64,000 nucleotides of DNA. Source: a virus. Lineage: Duplodnaviria > Caudoviricetes. The stretch is from the IMG/VR virus record IMGVR_UViG_3300021400_000138, positions 64,001 through 128,000 of that record. One strand, given 5' to 3'. Made by a program: the position numbers and the translations under genes. Shown here in pieces: positions 58,615 through 64,000 of the stretch (positions within the stretch are counted from its first letter, which is position 1; each line of letters starts with the position of its first letter). The notes below the pieces were generated by a model, which saw nothing but the letters and a program-made list of their open reading frames with translations, ran no database searches and was not told where the DNA came from.

Positions 58615-61600
58615 TTATCTTGCTCTGCCAGATTTTCGTAAATCTTTTGCCTGCTCTGAATTCACATAATTTACAATATTATTTAAAAACTTTCTGTTCT
58701 TTGCAAGATCTGATGCAACTTGTTGAATCTTATCAAGAGTAGATTCATCTACGTTTCCATTGACTGTTATTAAGCTGCTAATGTTTACGTTATTTGTTGC
58801 AGTATTATTTGCAATATTCTTTATAACTTCTGCTTGTTCTTGGTACTTCTTAAGTAATTCACTATTTGCATTCATTATGTAATCACGTTCATCGTTACTG
58901 GAGAATAAATCCGCATTTGATTCTATTGGTTTTAATGTACCAAATGATGTTTCTAAATAACCTTTAGAGTCTTCGTATTTTTGTATCTCTGAACGGATAT
59001 TATCCATTTGCTCTTTCGCTTGTTCGATATATTTATTAAGACTATCCTATATGTTATTATTATTTTCTGTATTTTCAATCTTAGCCTATTTTATCTGATC
59101 AACTATTTCTTCAATCTGATTATTTGCATTCTCATAAGAATTAACAATTCTATCAGTGTTTGCATCTATATTTGCCGGGATTTGTCTAATTGGAACAACT
59201 AATGATTCTATTTGGTTCTCTGTTGTTTTAAATCCATTATCAACCACGGAAACAATGTCTAGAACATGTTTTTCTATTTCTCCATCTTTCATTGCCATTC
59301 CAAGATTCATAAGTCCTTTTGTAATATCGGTTGGAATAACTCCTTCGCCACCAGAAAATGGCATAAATGTTCCTCTTCCTGTTGTTATAATCTCAGGGCC
59401 TTTTTCCCAAATTTGAGCAATACCAGGAGCGGCGGAAAGAGTACCTTTTGCATATCTTCTGTATGATATACCAGAAAGACCGCCTTTTGATTTCCAATAA
59501 TCATACGAATAATTCATTTGCTTTTTGATTGAAGAGGTATCAATTTTAGACTTATTCGCATTCCAATTTGAAATTACATTTTTTTGAGTGCCGTTTGCTC
59601 CACCCTATGCTGTAAGCTTCTTTCTATTAACAACAGCGTCCGCAGCTTCTTGTGCAGTGTTGAATCCTAAAACACTTCTGAAATTCTTTAATGCCATATC
59701 AGTTATAAGGTCTAATATATTTTGAAGTGATGTACCATCTTTAGTCCACCCTTTTACATTTACTTCTTGTCTTTCACTAGATGTTTTGGAAGCAGTAGTA
59801 ATTATTCCAGATCTGCCTCCCGAACTACCTGAACCACTTGATCCGCCTGAACCAAAACCACTTCCACTAAATAAACCGCCTCCTGAACCAGGTCCACCAG
59901 TACTAACGACACGAACAGTATTCGCAGCGGAATTAATAATATTCGCGCTATTTGAAGTCGGCTTAATATAAGAAGTGGAAGCCAAATGACTTTCAGATTG
60001 TTGCTGAACAGCTACATCTTTTGCTTGAATTGCCTAGATAACCCTATCAATATTCGTGGATATTGCACTTGCTGTACGTTCTGGAATACCATTTGTTATT
60101 TCTGAAAATCCATCTTTTATTGCCGTCATTGCGTTTGCGCCGTTTTCAAGAGTTGCCTTATTTGCGGTATAATCCCTGATTGCACTTGCAACTTTCTCTG
60201 TTTCTTGTTGGACGGCTCCAGTAATTGTTCCAATTTTTTCAGCTTCTGAAGCAGAAAGATTATCATAATAATGAACCATTTTTTCCGCAGCTGCCTCAAG
60301 TTGATCTTTATTCGGAATAGCTGTGGTATTTTCATGCTGAAGACTCTCAACGCCAACTAATGCCGAATTTAATGTGGGTGAGAACGTTTTAAGCCATGTA
60401 TCGATTCCAGCATTTGTTGCGGTTAAATATTTCTCCAGTCCAGTTGACAAATCATTTATTGTTCCAACAACACTGTCTGTATTAATCTTTAAATCTTTTA
60501 TAATGTTTTCGTAATTCTCATTTAAGTCATCACTAAGTTCACTAAGACCTTCAATCCGCATATCATATACATGTTGTTTTACAGTTTCATCAAGATCATC
60601 TTGAGATTCAGAAAGTCGAGCTTCAAGACGAGCTTTCTGGGCTTTTGATTCTGCATCTGTACATTTATCTTTACATAGTTCGCTACACTATGCCGTACTT
60701 TTGTACGCTCATGCTTTCACATGAGATGAGACTATATCACCTATGCATTAAATACATAGTCTACCATTTTGAATTACCAAACGCTTGCAATCCTACGAAG
60801 CTACACTCATCGCTTCTAGTCGTTGAACTTTATCCTATTCGGATCTTAGCTGCTGGTTGCCCAATATTTATTATTTTCAAACTTTCGCACCTGTACATAT
60901 TTCATTACTATGCTGTAGTTAATAAATCTCTAAGGGTTTTCCAGACAATTAGATAAAACGCCCTACATTTAAGGCCTTCCAGTGCGCGAATCTATTGCTG
61001 TATTAACTGTATATCTTTTGTTTTCGTTTTAAGTTGCCTGTCATAATCATACATCTCTTTTTGTTTCTGAAGTGCTTCTTGCCTTGCTTTTATTAATTCT
61101 TGAATATAACTAATTTCTTGTTTATACCTAGATGTATAAATAGAAATAATCTTCATTCTATAGCTATTTGCATCTTGTAATTCTTTTCTCGTAGAATCAG
61201 TAATTTCTTCTCTCTTCTTAAGATATTCTTCTGCCGAATATGAAGAATCATTTCTCCACCTTTCTTCATTAATTCTATATTCTTCTTGATACTTATTAAG
61301 TGCCTATAATGAACGTGTATATCCACTCATTGCGGCTTCTGCTGTGGCGAGACCGAACTGTGTATATTCTCCATCATCTGTAAAATACATATCTTCCGAG
61401 AACATGCCAACCAGCTCGTCCAAACTATCACGAAGTTTATTTACCTTGGCTATATATTCTTCGATTGGCTTAAAGTATAATACTTCACGAGATTCATCTC
61501 TTAATTTGTCAATTGTAATAATAGTATCATTCATTTTGTTTTGTAATTCATAAAGTTCATTTTGTGCCGTTCTATATTCTTCAGAATCTTCTCCGAGAGA

Positions 61601-64000
61601 AACACCAATTTCCGCCAATAACTATGATTGAACCTCCATGGACTTCTTCATATTATTATATGATTGATCAATATTATCAATCTGTGCCTAATAATTTTGG
61701 GAGAGGGTAGTAGTATCAGTTATAAGATTTCCATTTGCATCCATGCTACGACCAAGTTCATCAATAGTTTCACGAACTTTTTGATATGTATCCGCAAGCT
61801 TTTCATTATTTTCATATAATGATCTGTAATAATCGCCAGCATTTGAAAATTCTTTTGGATAAAGCGTTGCCATTGATTGAGCAAGTTCTCCTATTTTTTG
61901 CTTATTATTTTCTGTTTCTTTATCTAATAAATCTGTTACAGTTTTAAGTTCGCCAGCTTTTGTTTCTAGATTTTCAATATATGCATTCCACTGGTTAATA
62001 TAACTATATACCCATCCATTTAAATTTCCAGGTAATGTAGAAGTATCAATTTTTGTTCTATTTCTAACGGCATCAATGCCAGCCTTTTGAAGAGCAGGAT
62101 TATTCTAAATATTTGTTATTGCTCCCATATATTTTCCAGCATAAGCGTCAACCTTCTTCACATAAGAATCATAACCCTTTTGTGCTTTTTCCATTTCCGC
62201 ATTTAATTTAATTATAGTTTCATTTGAAACCTTTGTTTCTTCTTTTATTTTTTCAAGTTCGGTCTCAAGATATCTATTTGCTCCAACATATGTTTCACTC
62301 GCATTATAATAATTAGAATTCTGTATAGCCTCGCTTAAATCTTTAGATAAATTTTTACTCTTTGCGCTACCAAATGTTCTACTAGAAACATTATAATTAG
62401 ATTGCGCAGAAGCAGCCGCTAACTATGCGTATATAGATTGTTGCCCACGAGTACCAATATTGTTTCCTATTTGAGTAACGGATTGATACTTCTTTGCAAT
62501 CTGATTAAGCTTTTCTTCTGCCTGTTTAACGGGAATATTTGCGAACTCTTCATTAAGATCATGAACTTTTGATCGAGCGGAAACATACTCATTTTCTACG
62601 TTGATTATTTGAGTCATTGCTTTGCGATATTCTTCTGAACCATAACTGATTCTTCCTTGCGTCATATTAACTTCAAGTTCTTCTCTTAATCTTACGGCTT
62701 CTATTCTCAACTTATCTGCTTGTTGTTTATATCTGTTCATTTCCTTAGAATAGCTTTGTGCAATCTATGTGCCGTCCTCAAGATAAGAGCCTGTTTTTAT
62801 AATATAATCACGAGTTGTTGCCAAACTATTGGCTAAAGTTGCTTGCCAATCAGAAAGAGATTTATAATAATTATCAATATTATCCATTTTATCAAATACT
62901 GATTGAACTAAAGATTGCGCATATTCCGCAGCAGATTGGTTAGCTTTTTCAAATTGCTCATTCATTTTTTCTTGGGCTTCTGTTACTGCGCTTGACAATG
63001 CATTTGCTTCAGCCAAACACTGATTATAATAAGCAATTTTATCTGCGTACATACCAAATTGAGAAGCATCAAGGAAATCTCCATTTTGTAAAGCATCAAA
63101 TACATAACTTGGGAGCATTAATCCATTAAATGAATTTTTCGCTCCATTTAATCTGCTGTTAGCCGTTCTGGATTGACTCTTTAAATCATTGTAATTAATT
63201 TTGGACTGTTGATATGCAGCATTATTCTCATTTACTTGTGAACTCAAATTAAGTAGACTCTTTTCAATTTGATAATTAATTGACTCATATGTTTTTCCGT
63301 AAGATTTGATTAATTTCTTTGCTTGACTGCCACCAAATATCCCGGACAATACTTCATTAAGTTTATTAATTCCAGATTGTCCAGTCATAGTAGATATAAA
63401 AGAATTAATACTTTGCATCGAGTTCTAGAGTTTACTAATAGCCTTTTCAAGATCTTCAAATGGAAGATTAATCATATCACTGTAAAGACTACGAAGCTGA
63501 TTTGATAAAGTCTAAATTTGATTAGAAGCATTTATAGCATTATCTGTTAATTGCATATACTGTTGGGCGGCTTCATATAAGGCTTTGCCATGATCGGTAG
63601 ATGTATCAATCTGGTCAATTCTAAAAGCTCCATTTCTAAGATCTTCCAAATTTATTTCATTAGCAAGACTAACCGAATACTCTAATTGAGTTGATTGTAC
63701 AACTTTTAATTGATGTTGAAGATCATTAACCTAATTTTGTAACCATCTGTAATAATCGTTATCTCGATCACTTCCCATAGCGTTCATAGCGTTCTGATAG
63801 TCCGCTAATGCATACTACAAGTTCTTTTCAGCGTTTTTGTCAGTGGCGTAATATTTGTGATCAAATGCCTCTTTTATTGCCTCCTGTGTATACGTTGTAG
63901 CCGCTTTTGAATTAGCCCATAATTCCTAACTAATAGCATTGATTTCACTTCCTATGAGTTGTTTCTTGGTTGCGGTATCAACATATTGTGTAATTTTGTC
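58615..64000 (-). CDS. tape measure protein, 3' part (exons >64000-60972 and 60661-58615; TAG=Gln)
   Basis: Long helical A/E/K/Q-rich frame with >=16 in-frame TAGs. YAKGT...EKGPEII motif near the C-terminus. Lies upstream of Dit. Confidence 0.85.
60662..60971 (-). ncRNA. group I self-splicing intron (310 nt, no homing endonuclease ORF)
   Basis: P1 with a U.G pair at the 5' splice site, P10, GTTCAACGACTA and GATATAGTCT P7 elements, terminal G. Excision restores ...ALEGL-TDAESK. Confidence 0.9.

Noticed and set aside
60645-60956. 103-aa + strand ORF as an intron-encoded endonuclease
   Set aside because: Antisense to the intron, overlaps its catalytic core and has no nuclease motif.
38074-64000. 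Late module as a decayed prophage full of pseudogenes
   Set aside because: Breaks are only TAG, frames are preserved across them, and the single frame change is explained by the intron.
1-64000. Suppressor tRNA(CUA), release factor or aminoacyl-tRNA synthetase
   Set aside because: None recognised by eye in this window. The only tRNA-like sequence is the 20-bp att core. tRNAscan-SE on the full genome is needed.

Overview
AT-rich 64-kb segment of a large temperate tailed phage, probably infecting an anaerobic Firmicute (inferred from a SigA-type promoter, class III RNR, an HPr-like gene, a Gram-positive-type endolysin and a tRNA-Thr-like att core). The left part (1-38.0 kb, + strand) holds an HD-domain gene fragment, an NAD-dependent DNA ligase and a dense array of roughly 80 small hypothetical genes. 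Many junctions in that array carry a TAAAA-N6-TTTTA palindrome. Next come a nucleotide-metabolism cluster (FNT channel, NrdH, NrdD, NrdG, dUTPase, ThyX-like, dNMP kinase), an HNH protein carrying a copy of the integrase N-terminal domain, a tyrosine integrase, an intact attP and a DUF262 gene. The right part (38.0-64 kb, - strand) is the late tail and lysis module. It looks shattered in the standard code, but every break is an in-frame TAG. Reading TAG as Gln (code 15) restores tape measure, Dit, a Tal-like protein, an 836-aa and a ~2,770-aa tail protein, a 510-aa endolysin and two holin-like genes. The long, recognisable early genes contain no internal TAG, so this looks like a code-switching phage. 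The tape measure gene is also split by a 310-nt group I intron. I found no suppressor tRNA, release factor or CRISPR array in the window.
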